From the NCBI GenBank assembly GCA_024235015.1, contig JACKNG010000001.1, positions 77,934 to 141,933 on the forward strand: a DNA stretch of 64,000 nt, read 5' to 3'. Positions 37,272 through 47,377 of this stretch are shown piece by piece. Source of the stretch: Gammaproteobacteria bacterium (GTDB lineage Bacteria; Pseudomonadota; Gammaproteobacteria; Ga0077536). The notes under the pieces are model-generated. The model saw nothing but the letters and a program-made list of their open reading frames with translations. It was not told the DNA's origin and searched no databases. The translations under genes and the position numbers were made by a program. Position 1 is the first letter of the stretch, and every line of letters starts with the position of its first letter.

Positions 37272-38339
37272 ATGAACGATACGATCGAACGACTGTGGGC
37301 GGCACTCGTCGAACACCGCGAGGGCCGCGCCTGGCGCAGCGCGCGCTGTACGCTGGCCGGCAATCGGCGCCCGTGGCAGGGCACCGGCCTGCGGCTCGCG
37401 CAGGGCCAGGCCTACTCGATCCTCGCCGACGGCCGTGTGCACTGGTCTGAGCGCCATCCCCATCTGCACGGCGGACCGGGCTTTCATCTCTACGCGCGGG
37501 TCAGCCCCGGCGGACGCCTGGTCAACGTCACCCGCACGAGCGGCAGTTTCGTCGCCGATGTCGCGGGCGAACTCGAACTCGGCATCTATCTCGGCATGTG
37601 GCGCGATGACTACGGCGGCCTCGATACCCCCGACAGTGCCTACGCCCGCCTGCGCGGCGATATCGACGTCGTCGTGCTGGCCTGGCCGGGCGCGGCCGTG
37701 CGCGGACTGGCCACCCTCGCCGCGGAACTCGACGATCCCCTGCTCCAGGTCGAGGCTGCGCGCGCCGCCGCGCCGGTGGCGCCGCCGCGCGGCTGGGATT
37801 ACCTCGTCGAAACCGGCACCAGCGACATCTGGCAAGCCTGTGACGAGCAGGCGCCGCGCATCTGCCTGCACGCCGTCGACGACCAGGGCATCATCCGCAA
37901 GCCGCTCGACTTCGAACTGCAGCCCGGCACGCAACTCCAGTGGCGCTGGCGACTGGACGAGCATCCGAGCCGTGCGCCCGAGGACAGCAGGCTCGCCCAC
38001 GACTACGTCTCGATCGCGCTCGAGTTCGACGACGGCCGCGATCTCACCTGGCTGTGGAGCAGCTGCCTGCCGGTCGAGACCTGGTTCGCCTGCCCGGTCA
38101 AGGCCTGGAGCGCGCGCGAGACCCACTACGTCGTACGCAGCGGTCTGCAACGCCGTGGCACCTGGGTGAGCGAGCAGCGCGACGTCCACGCCGACGTCGC
38201 GCGTGCCCTGGGTACGGTGCCCTGCCGCATCGTGGCCTGCTGGCTGATCGCCGTGGCGAGCTTCCAGCACGGCACCGCGCGGGCGGCCTTCGAGGACATC
38301 GTCCTGGCTGCTGGCACCACTCGCCAGGTCGTGCTGTAA
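37272..38339 (+). CDS. Cytoplasmic uncharacterized conserved protein (paralogue B of the 20440..21696 protein)
   Basis: 355 aa from MNDTIERLWAALVEHREG with no signal peptide, collinear with paralogue A (RPWQGTGLRLAQGQAYSILADGRV, PPRGWDYLVETGTSDIWQACDEQAPRICLH, LQWRWRLDEHPSRAPEDS, LAHDYVSIALEFDDGRDLTWLWS, RDVHAD). Confidence 0.6.
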   Translation: MNDTIERLWAALVEHREGRAWRSARCTLAGNRRPWQGTGLRLAQGQAYSILADGRVHWSERHPHLHGGPGFHLYARVSPGGRLVNVTRTSGSFVADVAGELELGIYLGMWRDDYGGLDTPDSAYARLRGDIDVVVLAWPGAAVRGLATLAAELDDPLLQVEAARAAAPVAPPRGWDYLVETGTSDIWQACDEQAPRICLHAVDDQGIIRKPLDFELQPGTQLQWRWRLDEHPSRAPEDSRLAHDYVSIALEFDDGRDLTWLWSSCLPVETWFACPVKAWSARETHYVVRSGLQRRGTWVSEQRDVHADVARALGTVPCRIVACWLIAVASFQHGTARAAFEDIVLAAGTTRQVVL

Positions 38340-38346
38340 GTCCGGC

Positions 38347-38844
38347 TCAGGCGAGATCCAGCACGTAACGCCGTTCTTCGACCTCGCTGCCCCATTGCCG
38401 CCCGCGGCGCGTTTCGGCCAGGGCGAAGCCGGCCCGCTCATACAGGTGTCGCGCCGGCTCGAGGCCGGCGAAGGTCCACAGCCACACACCGGGGTAGCGC
38501 CGCGCGCGGCAGAAGGCGACGGCCGCATCGAGCAGGCGCCCGCCCCAGCCCTGGCCGCGCAGCGCGGTGCCGGCGACGAACCAGCGCAGGTGTGCGCCAT
38601 CGACCTCGGCGTCTGCGCCGTCGATGGTCAGGCTGGCTGCGACGACATCGTCCAGCAGGACCACCCAGGTGCAATCACGGGCCGCATCGTAGCGCCGCGC
38701 GAAGTCCGCGAGCCCGGCCGCGACGCCGTCGCGGAAGACGTCGCCGAAATCCCAGACCGCGCGGTAATAGGCATCGTGCAACGCGACGATGTGTGAGACG
38801 CGCCGCGCGTCGAGACCGGTTTCGACGCGTGGCGTCGTGCTCAT
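38347..38844 (-). CDS. GNAT family N-acetyltransferase
   Basis: 165 aa with an acetyl-CoA-binding motif region (RGQGWGGRLLDAAVAFCRA). Confidence 0.75.
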   Translation of the reverse strand: MSTTPRVETGLDARRVSHIVALHDAYYRAVWDFGDVFRDGVAAGLADFARRYDAARDCTWVVLLDDVVAASLTIDGADAEVDGAHLRWFVAGTALRGQGWGGRLLDAAVAFCRARRYPGVWLWTFAGLEPARHLYERAGFALAETRRGRQWGSEVEERRYVLDLA

Positions 38845-38883
38845 GCGCGCCGCTGCGCCGCCGGCGGGCGGCCCGGCACGGGG

Positions 38884-39348
38884 TCAGTAGGGACTCTGAC
38901 CGGGGCGAAGACCGCTTGCATGTGCCTTCTCGATGGCGTCGAGGAACAAGGCGTAGAAGTCGATCAGCATCGCGTCGACCTGCGCGGCAGCGAGACCGTG
39001 CTCGGTGTAATGACCCTCCCAGGTGACCACGGTGCCACCGTCCGACGCATCGGCGAAGCGCACCACGGCGACGTAGTCGCGCATCGGCAACGGGTAGCTC
39101 TCGACGATGGAATAGACGATGGCCTGTTCGGGCAGGGCCAGGTCGAGGCGCTCGATGATCTGCCCCTCGACGCCGAGTTCCGGCTTGAAGCGGGCGAAGC
39201 GGCGGGCGCCGACGTGGCTGCCTTCGCAGCTGAATTCGCTCAGGTTGCCGGGCGGATGCAGGTACTGCAGGGCGTCGAAATCGGCCAGCCAGGCCCAGCA
39301 GTAGCTGCGCGGTGCGCTGAGCGTGCGTTCGAGTATGGCGACGGGCAT
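38884..39348 (-). CDS. SRPBCC-family (Bet v1-like/polyketide-cyclase-like) protein
   Basis: 154 aa from MPVAILERTLSAPRSYCWAWLADFDALQYLHP; GAGGAG RBS before the ATG at 39348. Confidence 0.6.
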   Translation of the reverse strand: MPVAILERTLSAPRSYCWAWLADFDALQYLHPPGNLSEFSCEGSHVGARRFARFKPELGVEGQIIERLDLALPEQAIVYSIVESYPLPMRDYVAVVRFADASDGGTVVTWEGHYTEHGLAAAQVDAMLIDFYALFLDAIEKAHASGLRPGQSPY

Positions 39349-39391
39349 GCGTTGTTCTCCTCGGTCGTGCAACGATGGACGGGCGAGCCGC

Positions 39392-39715
39392 TCAGGGATG
39401 CGGCCCCCACGGCGCCGGGTTGAGCAACTGCACTTCCTGGTCGCGCAGCAACGGGCGGATCTGCAGGGCAAAGGGTTTGAACCCTTCGTCGGCGAACAGC
39501 CGCGCCCAGAACGCGCGCCGCTCGGCATCGTCCTCGAAGCGCCACAGGTGGACGAGTTGGTGCAGGGTGCCGGTATCGCTGACGAAGTAGCCGACGCAGT
39601 TCCTGGCGAAGCCGCCCGCTTCGAGCGCGGGCCAGCCGATCTCGGCATAGAGTTTCTGGGCTTCGGCCATCTTGCCGACGGTGACGGTATAGGTGCGCTT
39701 CTCGTACAGGGCCAT
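39392..39715 (-). CDS. NIPSNAP family protein
   Basis: 107 aa from MALYEKRTYTVTVGKMAEAQKLYAE... (dimeric alpha+beta barrel, NIPSNAP-like); GGGGAGG RBS before the ATG at 39715. Confidence 0.7.
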   Translation of the reverse strand: MALYEKRTYTVTVGKMAEAQKLYAEIGWPALEAGGFARNCVGYFVSDTGTLHQLVHLWRFEDDAERRAFWARLFADEGFKPFALQIRPLLRDQEVQLLNPAPWGPHP

Positions 39716-39904
39716 GACGTGCCTCCCCAACGTGCATGAATGTGGCTGCCGGGCTGGCGAACTGGCCCTGCCCGGCGCGAGGCCTGATTGTAAGGCGGCC
39801 CGCGATGGGATGTGAGGTCCCCGCGCGGGTCGTGGCCGGTCGCCGTCCCGATCCACGCGCCGTATACTCCGGCGCGCCCGAGTATCACGAGGAGAACGGT
39901 CATC

Positions 39905-40552
39905 ATGCTCGCCATGGGGCGCGTCCACGACATCAGCGTCACCCTCGGTCGAGAATCGATCGACTACCCGGGTGATACCCCCTATGCCCGCTCGCTGTTG
40001 ATGGCGGCGCCGCAGGATTTCTGCACCCTGTCACGTGTCGAGATGTCCGCCCATAGCGGGACCCATATCGACGTGCCCAGTCACTTCGAGGACGGTGGGC
40101 GGAGCCTGACCGATTACGCCGCGGCGGACTTCGTCTTCCCGGCGCTGGTCATCGAGATTGCCGACACGGAGTGCGTGCGCGCCGATGCGCTCGCCGGCGC
40201 CGACGTGCGGGCCGGTGACGCGGTGTTGTTCAAGACGGCCAATTCGCGCGACGGCCGCGTGCGCAGCGGCGTGTTCAGCGAGGATTTCGTCTACGTCGCG
40301 CCGGACGCCGCCGCCTGGCTGCGCGAGCGTGGCGCGCGGCTGGTCGGCATCGACTACATCACCATCGAGGGTTATGCCAACCGCGGCTTCGACAGCCACC
40401 ACATCGTGCTCGGCGCGGGCATGATCGTGCTCGAATCGGTCGATCTCGGCGCGGTCGCGCCGGGCCGCTACACCCTGTTCTGCCTGCCGCTCAAGATGGC
40501 TGGCGCCGAGGCCTCGCCGGTGCGCGCGATCCTGGTCGAGGACCCCGCCTGA
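39905..40552 (+). CDS. Cyclase family protein (kynurenine-formamidase-like)
   Basis: 215 aa with the HSGTHIDVPSHF metal-binding motif; GAGGAG RBS before the ATG at 39905. Confidence 0.8.
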   Translation: MLAMGRVHDISVTLGRESIDYPGDTPYARSLLMAAPQDFCTLSRVEMSAHSGTHIDVPSHFEDGGRSLTDYAAADFVFPALVIEIADTECVRADALAGADVRAGDAVLFKTANSRDGRVRSGVFSEDFVYVAPDAAAWLRERGARLVGIDYITIEGYANRGFDSHHIVLGAGMIVLESVDLGAVAPGRYTLFCLPLKMAGAEASPVRAILVEDPA

Positions 40553-40610
40553 GCGGGGCGCGGTGCCGGCGACGGCGGGCAGGCGCCGGCCCGCCCACCG
40601 TCGCCGCGCT

Positions 40611-41045
40611 TCAGCGCGGTTCGGCCATGCGCAGCACCACGCGCAGGTGCTGGTACTTCCACTCGCCGTCGACCTTCACGTAATCGTCGTCGTAGCGCAG
40701 CGTCATCCAGATCTTCTCGCCGGTCTCGGCGTTGTCCCACGGCCCCATGATGTACCAGATGCCGGTGGCGCGATTGCCGTCGACGGTGATGACCGGGTTC
40801 ATCATGTTGTGCTGTGAGAACGAGAACATCTTCTGGAATTTCTTGAACAGCTCGCGGATGGCGGCATGGCCCTGGGCCTGGCCGAAATCGGGGCTCTCCC
40901 AGATGCCGTCCTCGGCGAACACCGAGGCGATGGTGTCCGGGTTGTGCATGTCGTCGCAGATGTGCGAGTAGCGGGCCTTGAGTTGCTTGATGGCCTCGAT
41001 GTCTTCGAGGCGGGTGATGCGCTTTTCCAGATCCTGCATGTCCAC
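40611..41045 (-). CDS. NTF2-like/SnoaL-like domain protein
   Basis: 144 aa from MDMQDLEKRITRLEDIEAIKQLKARYSHICDD..., a nuclear-transport-factor-2 fold family. Confidence 0.6.
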   Translation of the reverse strand: MDMQDLEKRITRLEDIEAIKQLKARYSHICDDMHNPDTIASVFAEDGIWESPDFGQAQGHAAIRELFKKFQKMFSFSQHNMMNPVITVDGNRATGIWYIMGPWDNAETGEKIWMTLRYDDDYVKVDGEWKYQHLRVVLRMAEPR

Positions 41046-41142
41046 GGCGTTCCTCCCCTGCGTGGTGGTGAATGAGCGAGCGCCCTAGGATGCGCGATGC
41101 GCGGTGCCCGGCACAAGGCGCCCGCCGGCCGTGTGGCCGCCC

Positions 41143-41580
41143 TCAGGCACCGACCGCCATCATGGTCGTGACCATGTGCAGGATGTGGCGCCCCTCCCCT
41201 TCACCCTCGGCGTAGACGTCGGCTTCGCACACCGACAGGGTACGGCCGGCGCGCAGCACGCGGCCGCTGGCGCGCAGGCGCTCACCGACCCCGGGGGCGA
41301 GGAAATTGACCTTGTACTCGACCGTGACGATGTGCTGATCGATGGCGACCAGGGTCTCGGCGGCATAGCCGGCGGCGCTGTCGGCGAGTGCGGTAGCCAC
41401 CGTGCCGTGGACCTGGCCCTGCGGCTGCAGGAGGTCGGCGCGCAGCGGCATCTCGATGACCACGTGCCCGGCTTCGACGAGCGTGGCGTGGGCGCCGAGC
41501 ACGCTGCTGATGAAGGGCTGGTCGCGCAGGGCCTGGTGGACGCGCTCGACGTAGCCGTCGAAACGGGGCTGGAAGCGCAT
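41143..41580 (-). CDS. PaaI-family hotdog thioesterase
   Basis: 145 aa from MRFQPRFDGYVERVHQALRDQPFISSVLGA... with the HGG.. motif region (QVHGTVATALADSAAG); GGAGGT RBS. Confidence 0.75.
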   Translation of the reverse strand: MRFQPRFDGYVERVHQALRDQPFISSVLGAHATLVEAGHVVIEMPLRADLLQPQGQVHGTVATALADSAAGYAAETLVAIDQHIVTVEYKVNFLAPGVGERLRASGRVLRAGRTLSVCEADVYAEGEGEGRHILHMVTTMMAVGA

Positions 41581-41605
41581 GCGGGTTACCTCCGTGCGGT
41601 CTGGT

Positions 41606-42664
41606 TCAGGCGAGGATGGCGTCGAGCGCGGCGACGAGTTCGCGGCACTCGTCCTCGGTGCCGATGGTGATGCGCAGGAAGTCGGCAATGCGTGGCCTGG
41701 CGAAGTGCCGCACCAGCACGCCGCGCTCGCGCAGGGCCGCCTGCAGCGCCGCGCCGGCGTACGCGGGGTGGCGGGCGAAGAGGAAGTTGGCTTGTGAAGG
41801 CAGCACCTCGAAACCGCGCGCGGCGAGCGCCCCGGCGAGCCGTTCGCGACTGGCCACGATGCGCTCGCAGGTCTGTTCGAACCACGCCTGGTCGCGCAGG
41901 GCGGCTTCGGCCGCGGCCAGGGCGACGCGGTCGAGCGGATAGGAGTTGAAGCAGCCCTTGACCGTCTCCAGCGCGGCGACCAGGTTGGCGTCGCCGAGGG
42001 CGAAGCCGACGCGCAGCCCGGCCAGCGCACGCGACTTGGAGAAAGTCTGCACGACGAGCAGGTTGGGATGGCGGGCGATCAGCGGCACCGCGCTGGCCGC
42101 GCCGAAATCGACGTAGGCCTCGTCCACCACCACGACGACGTCGGGATGGGCGGCGAGCAAGCGTTCGATGTCGGCGAGCGCGAGGCCGCGCCCGGTCGGG
42201 GCATTGGGGTTGGGCAGGATGATGCCGCCGTTGGGCCGCGCATAATCGTCGACCTCGACCTGGAAATCCGCGCCGAGCGGCACGCTTTCGTAGGCGATGC
42301 CGTAGAGCGCGCAGTAGACCGGGTAGAAGCTGTAGGTGATGTCCGGGAACAGCAGCGGCCGCGACTGCTTGAGCAGGCCGAGGAAGGCATGCGCAAGGAC
42401 CTCGTCCGAACCGTTGCCGAGAAACACCTCCGCCGGTTCGCGGCCGTAGTGCGCGGCGATCGCGGCCTTCAGGTGGCTGCCGTCCGGATCGGGGTAGAGC
42501 CTGAGGTCGGCCGTGGCCTGGGCGCGTACCGCCTCCAGCGCCGCCGGCGACGGCGGGTACGGACACTCGTTGGTGTTCAGTTTGATCACCCGGCCGCCCT
42601 TGGGTTGTTCGCCCGGCACGTAGGGCGCGAGGCCGCGGATGGATGCGCTCCAGTACTTGTTCAT
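41606..42664 (-). CDS. hisC: Histidinol-phosphate aminotransferase
   Basis: 352 aa, class-II aminotransferase ([27 protein letters not shown] with the PLP lysine). Confidence 0.85.
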   Translation of the reverse strand: MNKYWSASIRGLAPYVPGEQPKGGRVIKLNTNECPYPPSPAALEAVRAQATADLRLYPDPDGSHLKAAIAAHYGREPAEVFLGNGSDEVLAHAFLGLLKQSRPLLFPDITYSFYPVYCALYGIAYESVPLGADFQVEVDDYARPNGGIILPNPNAPTGRGLALADIERLLAAHPDVVVVVDEAYVDFGAASAVPLIARHPNLLVVQTFSKSRALAGLRVGFALGDANLVAALETVKGCFNSYPLDRVALAAAEAALRDQAWFEQTCERIVASRERLAGALAARGFEVLPSQANFLFARHPAYAGAALQAALRERGVLVRHFARPRIADFLRITIGTEDECRELVAALDAILA

Positions 42665-42725
42665 GGGGGCGGATTGTACGGGATGCTCCGCACCAGTGAG
42701 CGCGCCGTGCCTGATTGCGCGCGCC

Positions 42726-43130
42726 TCAGTCGCCGCGGCTCAGCTGGGCCAGGTCGCCGGCGTGATCCTCCCAGTTGTGGCCATCGAAGGGGCGGATGTC
42801 GACCACCGTGGGCGCTTCGTCGAGACACCGCAGGTTGACGTCGATGCCGTCGGGGTTCGAGCGTGGTACGTAGAAGGCCTTGATGCCGCAGGTGCGGCAG
42901 AAGGTATGCCGGGCAATGCCGGTATTGAAGGTGTAGGTGGCGAGTGCGTCCGCGCCGGCGCGCAGGTGGAAGCGCGTGGCCGGGACGATGAGATGGAGGA
43001 AGCCGCTCATGCGGCAGATCGAGCAGTTGCAGTCGACGACCTCGAGTTGCTCCGGCGCCTCGACCTCGAAGCGCACCGCGCGGCAATGACAGCCGCCGGC
43101 GTAACGCCGCAGCCCGGCAGCCGATGTCAT
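42726..43130 (-). CDS. GFA-family protein (glutathione-dependent formaldehyde-activating-enzyme/CENP-V fold)
   Basis: 134 aa from [23 protein letters not shown]... with a Cys-rich Zn site (CHC, CNCSIC, CRTCG). Confidence 0.75.
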   Translation of the reverse strand: MTSAAGLRRYAGGCHCRAVRFEVEAPEQLEVVDCNCSICRMSGFLHLIVPATRFHLRAGADALATYTFNTGIARHTFCRTCGIKAFYVPRSNPDGIDVNLRCLDEAPTVVDIRPFDGHNWEDHAGDLAQLSRGD

Positions 43131-43519
43131 GCCGGCGGGCGCCCGGAAGAAGCCTGTTCGCGCCGGTCGAAAGCGGCGTCGGCGAGGTCGCGACGGCGGC
43201 CGAGGTACCAGGCGTCGGCGATGCCGCCCAGCCACAGCGCCAGCAGGGCGAAGGTCGGCCAGCGCGCCTGGGCATGGGCTGCCGCCGAGCGCTGGTCGAT
43301 GAGGGTGGTGAGCGCGGTGACGTCAGCCGGCACGGCGCCGGATTGGATCTCGGCGCTGAGTTCGAGCGCGGTGCTCACCGCGACGGAGAGGATGAACCAG
43401 GTGGCGATGCCTGCGCCGATCACGAGCAGCAGGCCGCGCAACCGGCGCCGCAGGTAGAGCTGGCCGAGCCCCGGAAACACCAGCCCCGACAGCAGCGCGG
43501 CCTTGGTCGCTGCCTTCAC
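43127..43519 (-). CDS. Small hypothetical membrane protein
   Basis: 130 aa with two predicted TM segments (GLGQLYL... ILSVAVSTAL; WPTFALLALWLGGIADAWYL). Overlaps the GFA start by 4 nt. Confidence 0.45.
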   Translation of the reverse strand: MKAATKAALLSGLVFPGLGQLYLRRRLRGLLLVIGAGIATWFILSVAVSTALELSAEIQSGAVPADVTALTTLIDQRSAAAHAQARWPTFALLALWLGGIADAWYLGRRRDLADAAFDRREQASSGRPPA

Positions 43520-43781
43520 CGGGAGTGCCCTGCCGGATGGCGGATGGGAGGCAGCGGGCGTGAAGGCATGGCGCGATCACCGGCCGCACGCGGTGCGCCG
43601 GCGGGGCGATAGCGCGTAGTGTGAGCAATTGGGCAGTGTTGCATGGTCGTCGGCGTCGTACGCGATTGTTGTCGACTGCCCGCTTTGGCAGACTCCGGAC
43701 GGCCGCGCCGGCGGGCGGTGCCCGTACGGTGCGGCGTTGGAAACGACAATAGCAAATGGAACATCCAGGAGGGTGAACAGC

Positions 43782-44453
43782 ATGATGGGAGAATTCCCAA
43801 TCGCTCGCGCCGGTGCCGGCGCTGCCATGGTCCTGGCCGGTGCGCTGGCCTGCACGGCCGCCCAGGCCACTTACGTCGCCGAGGTCGAGGCCAATGACGG
43901 TTTCGCCACGGCCCAGGTTCTCGACGGCAACTTCTCGCTCGACTTCGACGCCGACATCGGCGACCTGTCCGGCGCCAATACCTCGACCAGCTTGGCCCAC
44001 GCCTCGGTGCGCGCCACGGGCAACGACAGCGTGGACATCTACCGCTTCACGGTCAATGCGCCCGGCAGCCGGGTGATCCTCGACATCGACTACGGCGCGC
44101 CCGGCTTCGACAGCGCGCTGTGGCTGTTCAGCGCGGCCGACCTGGTCAACGAGCTCCGCAACGACTGGGATACCACGGCCACCGCCGGCGCGGGCGGTTC
44201 GGTGGCCAACCTCGGCGGCGGCCTGTCCGACGATTCCTTCATCGAAGAGGTCGTCGCCAGCGCCGGTGTCTACTACGCCCTGGTCGGCCGCCAGGCCAGC
44301 GGGGTCCCGGGCTACGACGTGGTACCGGTGGGTGCCTCCTACGTCCTGCACGTCTCGGTCGACCAGGCCGAAGTGCTGCCGTCGCCAGCGGTGTTGCCGC
44401 TCTTCGCCACGGGCCTGCTGGGCTTCGCCTGGTCGCGCCGTCCCGGCGCCTGA
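43782..44453 (+). CDS. Secreted protein with PPC-like domain and variant PEP-CTERM sorting tail
   Basis: Start MMGEFPIARAGAGAAMVLAGALA (signal) after an AGGAGGG RBS. The C-terminus VLPSPAVLPLFATGLLGFAWSRRPGA resembles PEP-CTERM (P-S/E-P + TM + RR). Confidence 0.6.
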   Translation: MMGEFPIARAGAGAAMVLAGALACTAAQATYVAEVEANDGFATAQVLDGNFSLDFDADIGDLSGANTSTSLAHASVRATGNDSVDIYRFTVNAPGSRVILDIDYGAPGFDSALWLFSAADLVNELRNDWDTTATAGAGGSVANLGGGLSDDSFIEEVVASAGVYYALVGRQASGVPGYDVVPVGASYVLHVSVDQAEVLPSPAVLPLFATGLLGFAWSRRPGA

Positions 44454-44629
44454 GCCGCCCCCGCCCGGGCCATGCCGGTGCGCGTGGCCCGGTGCTTCCA
44501 CGCCGGCCGACCCGGTCGGCGTGACGTCTCTACCAAGGGCCGTTGCGACCTGCCCTCGCCGCCCGCCCGGGGTGCTTCCCGGCAGCGGCTGTCACGCGTG
44601 CCGATCGCCGCACAGGCCCGGCGCCAAGC

Positions 44630-45031
44630 TCAGCCGTCCGCTTCCGGCGCGTGGCACACGATACCGATCTTGTTGCCGTCGGGGTCACGTACGTAGGCGC
44701 CGTAGTAATCGGGATGGTAGTGCGGCCGCAGCCCGGGCGCGCCGTCGTCGCGGCCGCCGTGGGCCAGCGCCGCGGCATGGGCAGCGCGCACGACGGCACG
44801 GCTGGCGGCGTCGAAGGCGACCATCTGGCCGTTGCCGGGCTGGTGCGCGTGGCCGTCGAACGGACGCGCGATGACGAACAGCGGGCGGCCGCCGCCCGCA
44901 GTCTGCCAGCCGGCCCAGGGGCGCGCCGGGTCGCAGAAACGCTGCTCGAGGCCGAGGCTCGCCAGTACCGGTGCGTAGAAGCGGAGTGCGCGTTCGAAAT
45001 CGCTCACCCCGAAGAAGACGTGGGAGAACAT
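44630..45031 (-). CDS. VOC-family (glyoxalase/bleomycin-resistance/dioxygenase-like) protein
   Basis: 133 aa from MFSHVFFGVSDFERALRFYAPVL... with the VOC beta-alpha-beta-beta-beta fold. Confidence 0.75.
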   Translation of the reverse strand: MFSHVFFGVSDFERALRFYAPVLASLGLEQRFCDPARPWAGWQTAGGGRPLFVIARPFDGHAHQPGNGQMVAFDAASRAVVRAAHAAALAHGGRDDGAPGLRPHYHPDYYGAYVRDPDGNKIGIVCHAPEADG

Positions 45032-45263
45032 GGCGGGCTTCCTCGCTTGGCGACGGGATGGTGCGGCACTGGACCTGCCGAGGGCGGGACGCGGTGCGAC
45101 CCCGCACAGTTTAATGCGGCTGCAGGCCCGGGCGCGGCGCGGGCATCGCGCCGGCCCCGGCCGGCGGCACCGCGGTGGGTCGTCGGCGCTGCGACACTTT
45201 GTCGCATTCCGGTCGGCTGCCGTGGCCCCTATTCTTGGCCCCGGTCGAACGGGGGAACTCGAG

Positions 45264-46298
45264 ATGTCGATGCGATTGTCTGGTTGGTGCCTGGTGTTGT
45301 GCGGCGCGCTCGCCTGCGCCGGTGCCGAGGCCTGCGACTATTGCCTGCTCTCGCAAGGGATCTCACCGCTCGACACCATCGACGGCCGCGGCCTGCGCCT
45401 GGTCCAGCGCTACACCGAGCTCGACCGCGTCTATGCCGGCAGCCGCGAACTCGACAACCCGGGTGCGCGCGAGACCTACCACACCACGGAACTCAGCGGA
45501 TTCTGGTCGGCGCGTCCATGGTTGACCGTGATGGCCGTGCTGCCCTTCCGCGTGACCGCGGTCGATGGTCATCTCGAACACCACGGCGGTCACCACCACG
45601 CGGACGCGGACGACCACGAAGATCACGATCACCACGACGAGGAGAGCGTCGTCGACCCGGCCGTACGCGCGGTCGAGGACCAGCACGGCGGGGATGGTGG
45701 CCTCGGTGACGTCTCGCTGCTGGCCCGCGCGCGGGTTTTCCAGCGCCACACCCTGGACAGCACGACCACCCTCGCGCTGCTGGCCGGGGTCAGGTTGCCC
45801 ACCGGCAACACCGACGGTCGCGCCGACGACGGCGCTTACCTCGACGCCCACCTCCAGCTTGGCAGTGGCGCGACCGACGGCCTGTTCGGTGCCGCCTTCC
45901 AGCACGTCAGGGGACGCTGGGCGCTCAACGGCAACGTCCTCGGCGCCCTGCGCGGCCAGGGCGAAGCCGGCGCCCACGACTACGACTACGGCGATTCTCT
46001 GAACTACGACCTCACCGTGCGTTACCGTGTAAGCCCGGCGACGCTCGGTGGCGGGCCACGGCGCTGGTTCCTGTCCTGCGGCCTGGGGGGCGAGGTCCGC
46101 GGCAAGGAGATCGAGGCCGGCAGCCGTATCGACGATTCCGGCGGGCACGTGCTGTTCGTGCAACCCGGCCTGCAGCTCGGCGTCGGTGCGCGCTGGACTT
46201 TCGAAGTGGGCGCCCAGGTGCCCGTCCACCACGACCTCGCCGGCACCCAGCTCGGCGAGGATCTCAAGGTGTTCGGTGCACTCAACGTGCTGCTTTGA
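45264..46298 (+). CDS. Outer-membrane beta-barrel protein (MetA-pathway-of-phenol-degradation-like 'transporter' family) with a His-rich segment
   Basis: Start MSMRLSGWCLVLCGALACAGA (signal); HHGGHHHADADDHEDHDHHDEE His/Asp-rich stretch; C-terminal terminal-F-like beta-barrel ending FGALNVLL. Confidence 0.55.
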   Translation: MSMRLSGWCLVLCGALACAGAEACDYCLLSQGISPLDTIDGRGLRLVQRYTELDRVYAGSRELDNPGARETYHTTELSGFWSARPWLTVMAVLPFRVTAVDGHLEHHGGHHHADADDHEDHDHHDEESVVDPAVRAVEDQHGGDGGLGDVSLLARARVFQRHTLDSTTTLALLAGVRLPTGNTDGRADDGAYLDAHLQLGSGATDGLFGAAFQHVRGRWALNGNVLGALRGQGEAGAHDYDYGDSLNYDLTVRYRVSPATLGGGPRRWFLSCGLGGEVRGKEIEAGSRIDDSGGHVLFVQPGLQLGVGARWTFEVGAQVPVHHDLAGTQLGEDLKVFGALNVLL

Positions 46299-46807
46299 AG
46301 CACCGTGCGGCCATCCTGTTACTGTGCCTGCTGGCGGCGGCGCCCGCCGCGGCGCGCGACGCGCTGCGCCTGGACCGCTTGAGTGACGCCGTGCCGCCCT
46401 TCACGCTCGAGCCCGCCCTGGGCGATGGGCCGGCGCTCGAGCTCGACGATCTCGCCGGGCGCACCGTGTTGCTGCACTTCTGGGCGACGTGGTGCGGACC
46501 CTGCCGCGAAGAGTTGCCGGCCCTGCAGGCGCTCGCCGACCGTCTCGAGGCGACCCGCTTCGCGCTCGTGCTGGTCGCCATCGACGATACCGCCACGGGC
46601 GCCGAGGTAGCGCGCTTCGCCGCCGATCTCGGCGTTACCGTGCCGGTCTACCTGGCGCGGACTAGCACGGTGAGCGATCGCTACTGGCGCTGGGGTGTGC
46701 CGGTGAGTTACCTCGTCGACCCTGCCGGCGGCTTCGTCGGCCGCGCACTCGGGCCGCGCGCCTGGAACGCGCCGGCGAGCATCGCGGCGCTGCGCGCGAT
46801 CGAGTGA
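46295..46807 (+). CDS. TlpA-family thiol:disulfide oxidoreductase (thioredoxin fold)
   Basis: Signal peptide MKHRAAILLLCLLAAAPAAA; WCGPC active site. A TTG start overlaps the upstream stop (TTGA). Confidence 0.7.
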   Translation: MKHRAAILLLCLLAAAPAAARDALRLDRLSDAVPPFTLEPALGDGPALELDDLAGRTVLLHFWATWCGPCREELPALQALADRLEATRFALVLVAIDDTATGAEVARFAADLGVTVPVYLARTSTVSDRYWRWGVPVSYLVDPAGGFVGRALGPRAWNAPASIAALRAIE

Positions 46808-46828
46808 GCGCCGAACGCCGCGGGCTGC

Positions 46829-47314
46829 TCAGGCTGTTACGCGGGTGAGGACGAAGATCGGGATCTCGCGCGTCGTCTTGGCCTGGTAGGCACGGTACGG
46901 CGGGTAGAGGTTGGCCATCATCTCCCACAGGCGCGTGCGCTCGGCACCGGTGGCCAGGCTGGCCTCCGCCGCGAAGACCTCGGCGCCCACCTGCAGCTCG
47001 ACCCGCGGCTGCGCGCGCAGGTTGAAATACCACGCCGGGTGGGTGTCGGCGCCACCCTTGGAGCCGACGATGACGTAGCGCTCACCGTCCTCGCCGTACA
47101 GCAGCGGGTGGGTCACGACCTGGCCCGAGCGCCGCCCGACCGTGGTCAACAGCAGGCAGGGCAAGGGGCCGTCGCCGCCGAAGGCGGTGGCGTCCCACAG
47201 GTGGCCGCGCGCGCCGCCGCTCTCGCGGTATTCGCGCAGGTGTTGCTGGATCCAGTCCGGTACCGCGCCCTGGGCCAGGGTGGCGACGGCGTCGTCGGCG
47301 GGGTCGTTGCTCAT
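46829..47314 (-). CDS. Deazaflavin(F420)-dependent nitroreductase-family oxidoreductase (DUF385/PNPOx-like)
   Basis: 161 aa with the DUF385 hallmark HPAWYFNLRAQPRVELQVG and split-barrel fold motifs. Confidence 0.75.
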   Translation of the reverse strand: MSNDPADDAVATLAQGAVPDWIQQHLREYRESGGARGHLWDATAFGGDGPLPCLLLTTVGRRSGQVVTHPLLYGEDGERYVIVGSKGGADTHPAWYFNLRAQPRVELQVGAEVFAAEASLATGAERTRLWEMMANLYPPYRAYQAKTTREIPIFVLTRVTA

Positions 47315-47377
47315 GTCGGGATCTCCGTGCGGGGGCGCCGGCGGACCGGCGCGGTGATGGGGATGCGGGGTCTAGTT

